DNA from: a virus
Strand: one strand, 5' to 3'
Length of the DNA: 64,000 nt
Virus record (IMG/VR): IMGVR_UViG_3300025131_009739
Span: 32,001-96,000 of that record
Every line of letters starts with the position of its first letter. Position 1 is the first letter of the stretch. The position numbers were made by a program, and so were the translations under genes. Of this stretch, positions 47,001-55,762 are shown piece by piece. Under the pieces are notes generated by a model. That model saw nothing but the letters and a program-made list of their open reading frames with translations. It did not search any database and was not told the DNA's origin.

Positions 47001-50000
47001 GATAGCATTAGAAGCAGTCATAGATGCATATGGGTTTGAAAATAACTCTCCACATAGAGTGCCGGATTCAGCAGAAGCATCTAATGGCCACATACTTAAA
47101 CAAGGTGGAATCATTTCTAGACCATTTTGAAAATCATGTTCAGAGGGTCCGATTCCTTTGTTGCGGTCGATCTGGCCGTATTTAAATATATAACCTGTCG
47201 TATCGTCATTCCACATACTTTCTCTAATTGTATTACCCATTGAATTTAAAGCAAGAGCATCTGTCCTTAATCTATGTTCAGGTCTAGTTCTCCAGAACGT
47301 TCTATAATCTCTTCGATCATAACCCTGATGAGTTAGTCCCGAAGATTCTGTGTAATGTTGTCTTCCACGAATTTTGCCTAAATAAGCATTTTCTTCTTTC
47401 GGAAAGACAATTTCTCTATAATTCAGATTAAGCAAATCAAATGATTTTTCTTGTTGAAAGACTGGATTAATTTCATTTGTTATTTCATCATATATGACTT
47501 GATCGGGATCATTGATAATTCCTAATTTTTGATCCAACTCTCCTTGACCAATTGGGAAGTAATTCATATTATTGCCAAGTGTATGTCTAAAAGTAAAGAC
47601 ATTATTGGCCTTTCCACCTCTTGCAAGAACTATACGTTGTTGTTCTACGTCGTCCACAGAAATATCGAATAAAGTATGCTCGATTGGTTTATATTTGTTT
47701 GTAACAGGCGTAATAGTTTCTTTTCTTACTGGAGACTTGGCGCCGACTTTTTTCAGCTCTTGGAGAATGTTATCTGTGTAGCCATTAGTGCCATATCGTA
47801 ATTCGGTTTGTGCGTCGGCCGGCGTGAAAAGTTTCTCGAGTTTGGTGGGGCTACGCTCGGAAGCAACCGGGCCGATTGAAAAATCAAGTAAATTCTTTTT
47901 CTTATGATATCGCGCAACAGGGTGTTCGCCTGTTCTAATTTGTTTCCAAGATGGGTAATGATATGGTCCGTTGCGGTGAAGCATAAGAGCGTTGAAGGCT
48001 TCTGGGTCTCGCCTTGGATTGTGCGCAAGGCCGGCGGTGTTCGCTTCAGAAGCTCCAATCGGATCATAATTTGTGACAAAGCCTCTCCCATGAGATGTAG
48101 CGTTGTCTGTTCCATTTATATAAGTGGGTGACTCGTGGTAGGCTGTCCAACCCAAATACGCTCCATGTGGGTGCTGCAAGCTATCATTATTACCGGGGGC
48201 ACCTGTATCGTTGGGCCACCCAAGAGTATTTGTGGATGATGATATTGGTTCATATATAATTGTGTTTAACCCTACGAAATCAGTCGGATGAAAGCCACCA
48301 ATATCCCCTTGAATAGCCTCGGCAAAAGGAACGCCCCAAGTTCGGACGGCGCCGGCGTTGTACCACGCAACCCCAAAATCACTTGCACTAACAAATACAA
48401 TATCTGTTGAAGCGTTCCAAGCGTTGTATGCATTATGTTCTTCTGATCCGCTTCTCATATAAGCAGGCTTTTGATATCCAAGAACTGTAAAGTCAGCTTT
48501 GGGCCTAGCCGGATCGGCTGGTGTTACGCCGAGAGAAAGAGGCTCAGTCGTAACACCAGTAACGTGATGCACAGAAGCTGTAATCCAAGCATATTGCAAA
48601 TCGCTTCTTGGAATAACGCGGGTGACATACCAATTATCATAAGATGAAGCAGTTCCAGCAAACTTAGGAGCCACAATATGTCCGCTGCTACTGAAAACTA
48701 TTTTTGCTCTTCGATTTCTATGCACTTTATGATATGATGCACTTGGTTCTTTTAAAGAGCTGTCATATCCGCCGGTGCCGGCATGTCTTGTTAACAACGT
48801 TTGCAAAGGCTGCCTTACACTAAGATTTCTATTGTTTAAACTATTGTATACTGAAAATTCTTCCGCAACAATATCTAAGAAGCCTCTAGACATAACTTCT
48901 GGGCCGCCAGGAGCGGAAAACTTTTCTACAAACACAGAAGCATGTCTTCCTCTATCTGGCAATGCAAAGTCGTATACTCCTGAAACAAGTGTTGATACAA
49001 CTGATCCTGATATAGCTCCTTTTGTTTCGGCAAAATATCTAGGATTGGTAGAGCGACCGGATGTTTGTACAACTTCATAATTTTTAGTGTAATTGCCAAT
49101 AACGGTGGAGCCGGTTGTAGTATGACCAATAGTTTGCTGTATGTTTTTGATATTAACCGGTCTTTTTGCATACCCATCGCGGGCTATCCAAGATCTGGCT
49201 GCGCTCCAACCTGGAGCGTCTTGATCAGCTACAGCTTGGACTACATGATCTACTGGTACGAGCTTAAGTTCTGTTGCATATCCTATTTCGCTATAAGCTG
49301 GTAGAACCACACTCCATGCTTCTTCTCTTCTACTAGGAGATGCCGTTCCGAATGCTCCTGTTGTCGTAAAGAAAACATGTCTATGTGGCATGCCACCAAC
49401 ATATTTCTCTGTAAATGGCCCTTGCATAGGGGTCTCTTTGCAGGTTCCATATGCGTCAACATGAATGTTTGTCGGTCCGCCAACTCCGGAAATAGCAGTA
49501 ACAGAACCTGTTGTAAACGAAGAACTAAAGAGACTAAATGGAGCATAAATTTCTCCTTTGTTTTGCTCATCATACGGCAAATAAACATTAAATGCTTGCC
49601 TAGTTTTTTTATCAAGATCAAGAAGATCTGAGCATGCAGGATTTACAAAATCACTTGATTTTATATGTATATAATTATCTGATCCTGGAGTTAACAAGCT
49701 TTTATAGAAATCTAATCTTTTACTGGGAGCAAAATTAATTCCACCATGAAGTTCAACATCCACTTTAGCTGAGAATTTATAAGGTTTTGTTAATTTTCTA
49801 TATACATAAGGATTGGATCGATAGGTAGGACCAGAACTTGAAACAATTGTTGTGGCAATTGTTCTAATTGATTCTTTGCTGCTGTTAAGTCCAGCGTCTG
49901 AAGTACTACCTAGGTGGGTTTGTCCATCTCTTCCGAGACGATCTTTCCACCAGAGACAATTGATGTTTTCGGTTGCGCTCGATGGATAGGTAATGAAGGG

Positions 50001-53000
50001 ACTGTTTTGAACCATTCCACCGACGGCCCCGTTAGCTAATACAATGGTGCGCCCATGAGGGCCGGCCTGGTCGACCACTAAAGTTATTTTGGTATCGGAA
50101 GACCCCAGGATCGCCGTGATTCCTTTAAGTCCTGTGGTTCCTCCGGTGATTTCGCTTCCATATTTGATTGAGTCGCCATCGAATCCTGGAGCATCTGTGC
50201 CATTAATGGCTGCAATCAAATATGTGGTTGCAACAGCGTCGTTGCCGGCGCCGGCGATTCGAATCGCGTTCGCGGGGGGGTCGCCGCCTGGAACACTATT
50301 ATAAACTACGATGTGGACCTTATTACCAGAAGATGCCCCATCGCCCCCGCCTGCAGCGTCAGATATCGTAATATAAAAGGAGTCACCATGAACAACTCCA
50401 GCCCCGGGGTATGCTGGTTGGCTCGAGCCAAGATCCAAAACGTCAAACGCAGTAGCGTTACTGTCGGCTGCAAGGTAAAATTCTATGGGCGCATGTCCCT
50501 GTTTCCATGGATACAATAATTCGTTAATAGCAAGAATTTGCCCAGTTGGTATATCATGTTTCATTTCAAGTGTCGGGAACTTACTCCAATACTTGTTTCT
50601 CTCTAAGACATGGCTTTCAACCATATTTCTAATGGATTCGGAAGTATCAGATGAAATTGGGAAAAACTGTTCAATTATTTTATCAATTGAAGAATCTAAC
50701 CATTTATAAAATTCCACATATCTGTCCAAATCAGAAACACTTTCGACCCTTTCAAAAAATAGTTGCCTTAACTTTTCCATCCTTTTGTATGATTGACGAT
50801 ATCTGTTAACTGGGTCTCCGATAAGAGAATTAAAATCTTTAATTGTAGCAAACATTTTCAGCATTTCTTCTGATATTGTTTGATACATGCTTTTTTCAAC
50901 AGCAATAAAATGTGTTATCGGTCTTGTTTCTCTTGTGAAGTTTATATCATCTCTATTTCTGATCTCGATCATGTCGCTGCTAGCTACTGATTCTGGCAAT
51001 CTCTGTCTAGCAGATGGCAAATAATTTTTATCAACAACTTTTGCATTACTAACAAGAAAGCCATAGCCGATGCCAGTATGTTGTGCATTCAGAATATTGC
51101 CAACAGGACCGTATCTTCCTGTAAGCGCTGTTGATCCAGAAGAAATATCTTCTACAACAAATTCACCTCTTGCATCTGAACCAGTGACTCTGTCAAAGTC
51201 CCAATCTAGCGCCAATGTTTCGATTCTAGGAATGTAACAAAGGCTGGCAGTTGGAGCATTAAACAAATAAGCATAATCATAAGGATGAAGAACACCAGCA
51301 TTACCGGCATCCAGGGCATGAACTTTAATAACTTCGTCTGGCAAATAATCGAGCCAATATCTTACAGAAGATATCTTAACGTCTGTATATTCTTCTAGTG
51401 CTCCTGTGAAATTTGTTCTCAAGGCGCCAGCATATACTCTTTTTGGTGAACCTATCCAATGATTAACACGAGATGCGGGTACTGAATCATAAGGTATGCC
51501 TATAGATTTAGTTATATAAAACTCATTTCTTATGGCATTATTTGAAGCATTTACGCCGCAAAATTCAATAGTCCCGGAACCATGGATATAAGCATTGTTA
51601 GTGCCGCTCACCCGGGTGGCCATTGGATATGTCGATGGTCGAACTCTAACTGCAAAATTCCATTTTTCATTTTCATAAACATCATAAAAAACAGAAGAAG
51701 TTATATTAATTGCCATTATACTAGATGTTAATTTAAAATATGCGTTTGTAGATAAAATATCGTTTGTATCTTTTACAGCGTAGACTCTTAGATCGCCGGT
51801 ATCAGATACTGGCCACGACGCTTCAACTTGTGCCGATTGAGCAGAATCAGGAATTGAAACTGCGCCCTTAGTTCCAAACAAAGAAGAAGTAAGCGAAGGA
51901 GCTAATATAAATTGTCCTGGTTTTTCAACAGTTTCTCTACGAGGAAATATGATTTCAGCTTCTAGTGTTCTTGCAGAGCCGCTTAAAAATTCTTCACTCC
52001 CAGAAATGAAAGATACTGAATTGGAATTACTGCTGGCTGTTGCTTGATAAACTACAGCAGTATTATGATCCGGTTTGTGAAAATCTATAAAATTCTTTTT
52101 TTGAACTGTATAATTGTAGCTGTCTTTAAGTTCATATGTTATATTGTTGGCATATACATTTATCTTAATTAATTCATCATCTATACCAAAACACCTAATT
52201 GCGTTTCTAAATGATTTTTCAGTACCCTTTGATTTGTATATATAAACTAAATTATTATACAAATTTTGATAAATTAAATTTTTTGTATCATAAAGATCAT
52301 CTTCAAAAAGTTTTTTTTCATCTCTCGCGGAAAGTTTAGAAATTATATCAGCATCAAGAAATATTTCTGGCGTGGTTAGGCCAGCAGATTCTAGCAATCG
52401 ATTTGCGAAAGGAAGAGGTTTGTATTCACCACTACCAGTAGGTCCGGAGGCTGTATGGAGAAAAGAAGAGGGATACGACACATAAGACTGGTTTTTAATT
52501 GATGGCAAAGCCTTGATCTGCTGGGCTAAAGTATCAAAATAACTCGCCATAATTTGTGACAATTTTAATAAATTTGAACCAACATATCTATCTTCAGATG
52601 TTATCCATTCAGGAAAACTATTATAAATTGAAGCGTTGTTTGTATAATCAAAGTTTTTACCTAGTTTAGAATAAGTATCTAAAGTGCTAGTAACGTTTGT
52701 GTGGAACGAATAAAGAATAGGATCTTCAAATTCGCGGGTGGAGGCGCTAGCAGAAACTATTGCTGAACCTGTGTTACGAGAAGTCGATAGATACCCTTCC
52801 CAAGATCCTGAAGATATTCTTCCGGAATAATCTAACACTTTAGAATCAAAGCTAGATGTAACTGTTATGCCCTCATTAAATTTATAATATACGCCTAGTT
52901 GAGTATTTGAATCATCTGTATTTGTGCCGCCATGAACCTGAGTAAACCAATGACGTCCAACGGCTTTTGGTGATCTTTCTGCTTTCCAAAATCTAAATTC

Positions 53001-54101
53001 ATCCACTGAAGCGGACAGTTTACCGTATCCAACGGCATCTTCCCAATCTGTGCCTTCAGCACCAGATAGTTCAATTATTAATGCCCCTAATGATGCATTA
53101 ATATTTCCACTTACATAACTAGCGCTAGTCCCAACGATGGATTCTGTGTTTAGAACTCCATCAATATATAATCGAACTTTAGTCTGGCCTTCGTCGGTAC
53201 CACTTCCGGTTGGACTAAATGTAAAAGCATAATGATGCCAATTCCTATCAGCAACAGAAGCAGTAGTTAAGCCGGTGCCAATTGAAGCGCTATAAAATCC
53301 GCCGCCGCTTTCCAGGACGGTGCGAGCATCATCATATAAAGCACCTGATAAATATGTTACATAAAATGGAGATTCAGTTTGTCTCGTTGTGGCGGATAAT
53401 TCAATTCTGAAACGACCGTAATATGTACTAGAAGATGCATGATCTGTTGTAACTGCATCAAAAATAACTTCTTTCTTTGTTTTAGAAGGGTCGAACGAAT
53501 GTTTCCATAACCAAAATTCAACTGTATTCCCATCTTCTCCGCCAAATTTTAAATTGGATTCTCTATTTTTACTATAATCATAAATATTAGATTTTCCATC
53601 AGCCGATGGAAATAGCCTAGACATTGAGGAATAATTTGAATCTTTGTGAGGACCTCCTTTGATATAAATGTATTCTGGTGTTTCGGAAAGGCCGTATTCG
53701 TTTTCTGCTGTCATGACGCCCTTCGTCGCGGATAACGTTCCCCAGCCATTAGAAGAAAAAACGGCATATCCTGTTGAACGTGGATAAACATTATCGAAGA
53801 CGTATTGATCTAAAAAGGAAGAACTGTTGTGCCACTGAGTCTTTTCTTTTAAAGAGCCATCATACGGATATGTTTTGTAAATTCTTTTAATCGACTCAGC
53901 ATAATATTCTTCAGCAGAACCAAATCTAACAAAGTTCTCTGGTTTCGAAAAATCTATATAAGGTATAAAACGATCTTTTTCTTTTATTTTTTCTCGTATA
54001 AAATCAGCTGATTCTATTTCATTTCCCAAGCCATCTAAAGATGCTGACGAAGCGATTCTACTAATAGGCTCTTGTTTATTAAAATAGTCTTTGGTACTCA
54101 T
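44001..54101 (-). CDS. Giant 3366-aa baseplate/virion protein with LamG (concanavalin A-like) domain(s)
   Basis: TVEFWL...WHHYAFTF...LYIDG...VDEFRFW LamG pattern; YIYKSKGTEKSFRNAIRCFGI resembles the wedge gp7/P2-I KGT motif; follows gp25/gp6. Confidence 0.7.
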   Translation of the reverse strand: MSTKDYFNKQEPISRIASSASLDGLGNEIESADFIREKIKEKDRFIPYIDFSKPENFVRFGSAEEYYAESIKRIYKTYPYDGSLKEKTQWHNSSSFLDQYVFDNVYPRSTGYAVFSSNGWGTLSATKGVMTAENEYGLSETPEYIYIKGGPHKDSNYSSMSRLFPSADGKSNIYDYSKNRESNLKFGGEDGNTVEFWLWKHSFDPSKTKKEVIFDAVTTDHASSSTYYGRFRIELSATTRQTESPFYVTYLSGALYDDARTVLESGGGFYSASIGTGLTTASVADRNWHHYAFTFSPTGSGTDEGQTKVRLYIDGVLNTESIVGTSASYVSGNINASLGALIIELSGAEGTDWEDAVGYGKLSASVDEFRFWKAERSPKAVGRHWFTQVHGGTNTDDSNTQLGVYYKFNEGITVTSSFDSKVLDYSGRISSGSWEGYLSTSRNTGSAIVSASASTREFEDPILYSFHTNVTSTLDTYSKLGKNFDYTNNASIYNSFPEWITSEDRYVGSNLLKLSQIMASYFDTLAQQIKALPSIKNQSYVSYPSSFLHTASGPTGSGEYKPLPFANRLLESAGLTTPEIFLDADIISKLSARDEKKLFEDDLYDTKNLIYQNLYNNLVYIYKSKGTEKSFRNAIRCFGIDDELIKINVYANNITYELKDSYNYTVQKKNFIDFHKPDHNTAVVYQATASSNSNSVSFISGSEEFLSGSARTLEAEIIFPRRETVEKPGQFILAPSLTSSLFGTKGAVSIPDSAQSAQVEASWPVSDTGDLRVYAVKDTNDILSTNAYFKLTSSIMAINITSSVFYDVYENEKWNFAVRVRPSTYPMATRVSGTNNAYIHGSGTIEFCGVNASNNAIRNEFYITKSIGIPYDSVPASRVNHWIGSPKRVYAGALRTNFTGALEEYTDVKISSVRYWLDYLPDEVIKVHALDAGNAGVLHPYDYAYLFNAPTASLCYIPRIETLALDWDFDRVTGSDARGEFVVEDISSGSTALTGRYGPVGNILNAQHTGIGYGFLVSNAKVVDKNYLPSARQRLPESVASSDMIEIRNRDDINFTRETRPITHFIAVEKSMYQTISEEMLKMFATIKDFNSLIGDPVNRYRQSYKRMEKLRQLFFERVESVSDLDRYVEFYKWLDSSIDKIIEQFFPISSDTSESIRNMVESHVLERNKYWSKFPTLEMKHDIPTGQILAINELLYPWKQGHAPIEFYLAADSNATAFDVLDLGSSQPAYPGAGVVHGDSFYITISDAAGGGDGASSGNKVHIVVYNSVPGGDPPANAIRIAGAGNDAVATTYLIAAINGTDAPGFDGDSIKYGSEITGGTTGLKGITAILGSSDTKITLVVDQAGPHGRTIVLANGAVGGMVQNSPFITYPSSATENINCLWWKDRLGRDGQTHLGSTSDAGLNSSKESIRTIATTIVSSSGPTYRSNPYVYRKLTKPYKFSAKVDVELHGGINFAPSKRLDFYKSLLTPGSDNYIHIKSSDFVNPACSDLLDLDKKTRQAFNVYLPYDEQNKGEIYAPFSLFSSSFTTGSVTAISGVGGPTNIHVDAYGTCKETPMQGPFTEKYVGGMPHRHVFFTTTGAFGTASPSRREEAWSVVLPAYSEIGYATELKLVPVDHVVQAVADQDAPGWSAARSWIARDGYAKRPVNIKNIQQTIGHTTTGSTVIGNYTKNYEVVQTSGRSTNPRYFAETKGAISGSVVSTLVSGVYDFALPDRGRHASVFVEKFSAPGGPEVMSRGFLDIVAEEFSVYNSLNNRNLSVRQPLQTLLTRHAGTGGYDSSLKEPSASYHKVHRNRRAKIVFSSSGHIVAPKFAGTASSYDNWYVTRVIPRSDLQYAWITASVHHVTGVTTEPLSLGVTPADPARPKADFTVLGYQKPAYMRSGSEEHNAYNAWNASTDIVFVSASDFGVAWYNAGAVRTWGVPFAEAIQGDIGGFHPTDFVGLNTIIYEPISSSTNTLGWPNDTGAPGNNDSLQHPHGAYLGWTAYHESPTYINGTDNATSHGRGFVTNYDPIGASEANTAGLAHNPRRDPEAFNALMLHRNGPYHYPSWKQIRTGEHPVARYHKKKNLLDFSIGPVASERSPTKLEKLFTPADAQTELRYGTNGYTDNILQELKKVGAKSPVRKETITPVTNKYKPIEHTLFDISVDDVEQQRIVLARGGKANNVFTFRHTLGNNMNYFPIGQGELDQKLGIINDPDQVIYDEITNEINPVFQQEKSFDLLNLNYREIVFPKEENAYLGKIRGRQHYTESSGLTHQGYDRRDYRTFWRTRPEHRLRTDALALNSMGNTIRESMWNDDTTGYIFKYGQIDRNKGIGPSEHDFQNGLEMIPPCLSMWPLDASAESGTLCGELFSNPYASMTASNAIVANTLKTDSVHYSLRSVPTASQTYLFQNKYMSMTPIANFETFIPPKYLHIIQHDSWDADQGISGAHFKPHYSASLLSGKSPFYDSYDQWAVDVRTMGQGYSILPEFKISDHMDYYIDNGFAATNKKFLSLVGALHTASSDTPISTGNLPFYKLYSHSDFMKFVELIGNDYQKDVKGRAKEFTLKCKAVKKLLPYNGFYPVLRCVQLGSMFSQSYGPHLTSSIAFAGKTPQVHPQEQLQSLLQPWFAPGIMYNTIKSGIAVDWPHWTGSLPNAIGFAGMGYLTQTGSDDVGTEGLEYEKIHNIRFPFESLIEPHTYLPVSHSGDHGVGSEIPLIHPPGLAGEITDLTQGKHALWTGDYTPNYSMAMHNFLGEIPRFFLDKGKFQSFTSTPGRFQMLSGTTYFMDVTLRKSGKKYSMSGSAVDKPPGHNPYEDMIMFEGPDFPFKAGRSSGDLAFNKQDMQSGSARGIHYGPTCQTHNYPLDPITSLVYVAAQTQDPAFAPYTPPYFYGKSVARLAFSPHKHRLLLSAVDLHSSHGELAEFTIEEVIAGAQVETTYDPNWRESWNLLKDYGSGSFQIGEEGQGNESLAFKSKMRVASSINLFGRTTVPEITYNPITGQAIEAKASKGDESLDAWVISPKFETPILNFSGNIDTNLGYSTRGMWYGYGVEPTGSQGIYMGLRESHPTAILKAMLGGAGENALHGIGTQPSDETRLGHRQTGSLYQVLGFKEPSGLVGPDRKLGQIADNKIISEAVVAIPIRSNYDEGTSPFFPITRRHIDYAQLLQRSPETNLDDLAKRAAAFGSSVPSKAITEMVNKMSKYYLPPHMNFIKNRSIDPFAMFIFEFHHCLKKQDLIDIWQNLMPKIATEAQKDEASITLDLAASWDFLNLNTMPKDVRWMVFKVKKKAEQSYFNVTEDTKDDKRFKFEFGDEKLKKPDYNYNWPYDFFSLVELVQVEAEYKLRGAIGDDVATLSDVAGNVNLPWLPPIPPQKPPPGSEVPGT

Positions 54102-54103
54102 GG

Positions 54104-55762
54104 TTATTCAACTCTAAATTTAAATATTTCTGGTTGTTCGCGATAAGCACCATTTGTGTAATATGCAAACTTTATTCCGTAGGTGTAATCGGGTTCTAAC
54201 ATGTTCATTTTTAAATCAAAATAATTTCCATTTGAATCGTAAGAAAGCTGAGTATAGGGCATATTACTTGGAGGAGGGAAAGTTATAGTACTACTTCCAG
54301 TTCCATATGTGATTATATTTAAGTCATCAGTTACTCTAAAGATTTTATAATATGCTTTTTCAATAACGACAGGGTCAATTGTCGTAACAACTGTTGTATA
54401 GACATTTGGATTCCAATACCTGTCGCGAACGAAAACTCTGAAGCGGGCTTCTTCATCTCTAAAATATGTTGATTTAAGATTAGTAATTTTAGTAACATAT
54501 GATGGATTTGGGTTAAAAGTTTCTGCAGATGATGAAAATTGTTTCGTTTTTATAGAGCCGGTGTAATATACTGTAGCATCGTCGATATCTACACCAGCAG
54601 AACCACTAAACCATCGATCATAAATAATACTAGCGCTTGTGTTGAGTGCGAAACTTGCTGAATATATCCCAGTTGATACATATCCTCCTGTTACAGCTTG
54701 AGAATTTGCCGGAGGATCATCACCAAGAGTGCTATGTTGTCTCAAATTATACGGGGCATCCGTATTCATTAGTTCTCCATGGGAAGCTGACGTGTAAAAC
54801 TGCACAAATATAACGGGATGGGCCTGGCCTACATCTGGTATATTTCTAAGCTGTCCGCGAACATAATTATATAAATATATTGTATTCAAATTCCCAGATG
54901 CATTTACAAGAGAACTGCTTACATAACAACTGCCCCTATCATCTTTAATTGTCGAATCCCACCTTGCTTCGATGCAAGGCCTTTTAAAGAAATATTCTGA
55001 TGTTCTAGAAAAGAATTTTTTGGTATAATAAGAATTTTTTGTTCCCGCAGCATTGTGTAGTACAGAACCAGTATCGGCTCCTGTTGAACTAGAAAAATAT
55101 CCCTCTTGGCTGGAGGTAAAATATACTCCTATCCCATAATTATGTTTGCCGTCGTTATTGTGGTTTGCTCCGCCAACAAGCCAATGCTCCACCAAACCAG
55201 TTATATCTACGTCTAAATCTTCATCTCCATTAGGAAAACTAGCAGTATAATGTACATGACCAGAAGCAGTATGATATGAGCCTCCTTTATTTGCCCATAG
55301 ATCTAGACCGGAAGATGCGGTACTGGCATTAATCCAATTGGTACCAACAAAATCTCTAGTTATATCGGTATAGCCTTCCATATCAAGACCAGTGCCTTCA
55401 TCCCATGATTGGGAAATAGGCAATATAGTTAAAATTGCACTTTGTGGAAGAGTAAATGCATGCTTTGCATTGAACATTCTTGCATAAAAACTTACGCTAC
55501 CACTTGCTGGAATTTCGCCATTATCTCGAGAAGAAGAAATAGTAGAAACAGGAAATTTAATTAATATTCTTGACAACTCAACAGAGCCAGAAGATGCGTC
55601 ACTATATTGGCCGCCGCCGCCTTGAGCGTAAATTGAAAATGTTTCTAAAACATCAGAAGCCCCCATATTAGAGCCGGTGCCTCTGTGTGCCTCTGAAAGG
55701 CCTGGGCCAAAAGCATTTGTTATAGTAGTATCTGCGTCCGCTGTGAATCTTCTAATGCCCAT
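54104..55762 (-). CDS. Virion structural protein with DNRLRE-like N-terminal domain
   Basis: ADADTTI...SRILIKF...SQSWDEGTG...DVDITGLVEHW pattern; located between gp6 and the giant gene. Confidence 0.55.
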   Translation of the reverse strand: MGIRRFTADADTTITNAFGPGLSEAHRGTGSNMGASDVLETFSIYAQGGGGQYSDASSGSVELSRILIKFPVSTISSSRDNGEIPASGSVSFYARMFNAKHAFTLPQSAILTILPISQSWDEGTGLDMEGYTDITRDFVGTNWINASTASSGLDLWANKGGSYHTASGHVHYTASFPNGDEDLDVDITGLVEHWLVGGANHNNDGKHNYGIGVYFTSSQEGYFSSSTGADTGSVLHNAAGTKNSYYTKKFFSRTSEYFFKRPCIEARWDSTIKDDRGSCYVSSSLVNASGNLNTIYLYNYVRGQLRNIPDVGQAHPVIFVQFYTSASHGELMNTDAPYNLRQHSTLGDDPPANSQAVTGGYVSTGIYSASFALNTSASIIYDRWFSGSAGVDIDDATVYYTGSIKTKQFSSSAETFNPNPSYVTKITNLKSTYFRDEEARFRVFVRDRYWNPNVYTTVVTTIDPVVIEKAYYKIFRVTDDLNIITYGTGSSTITFPPPSNMPYTQLSYDSNGNYFDLKMNMLEPDYTYGIKFAYYTNGAYREQPEIFKFRVE

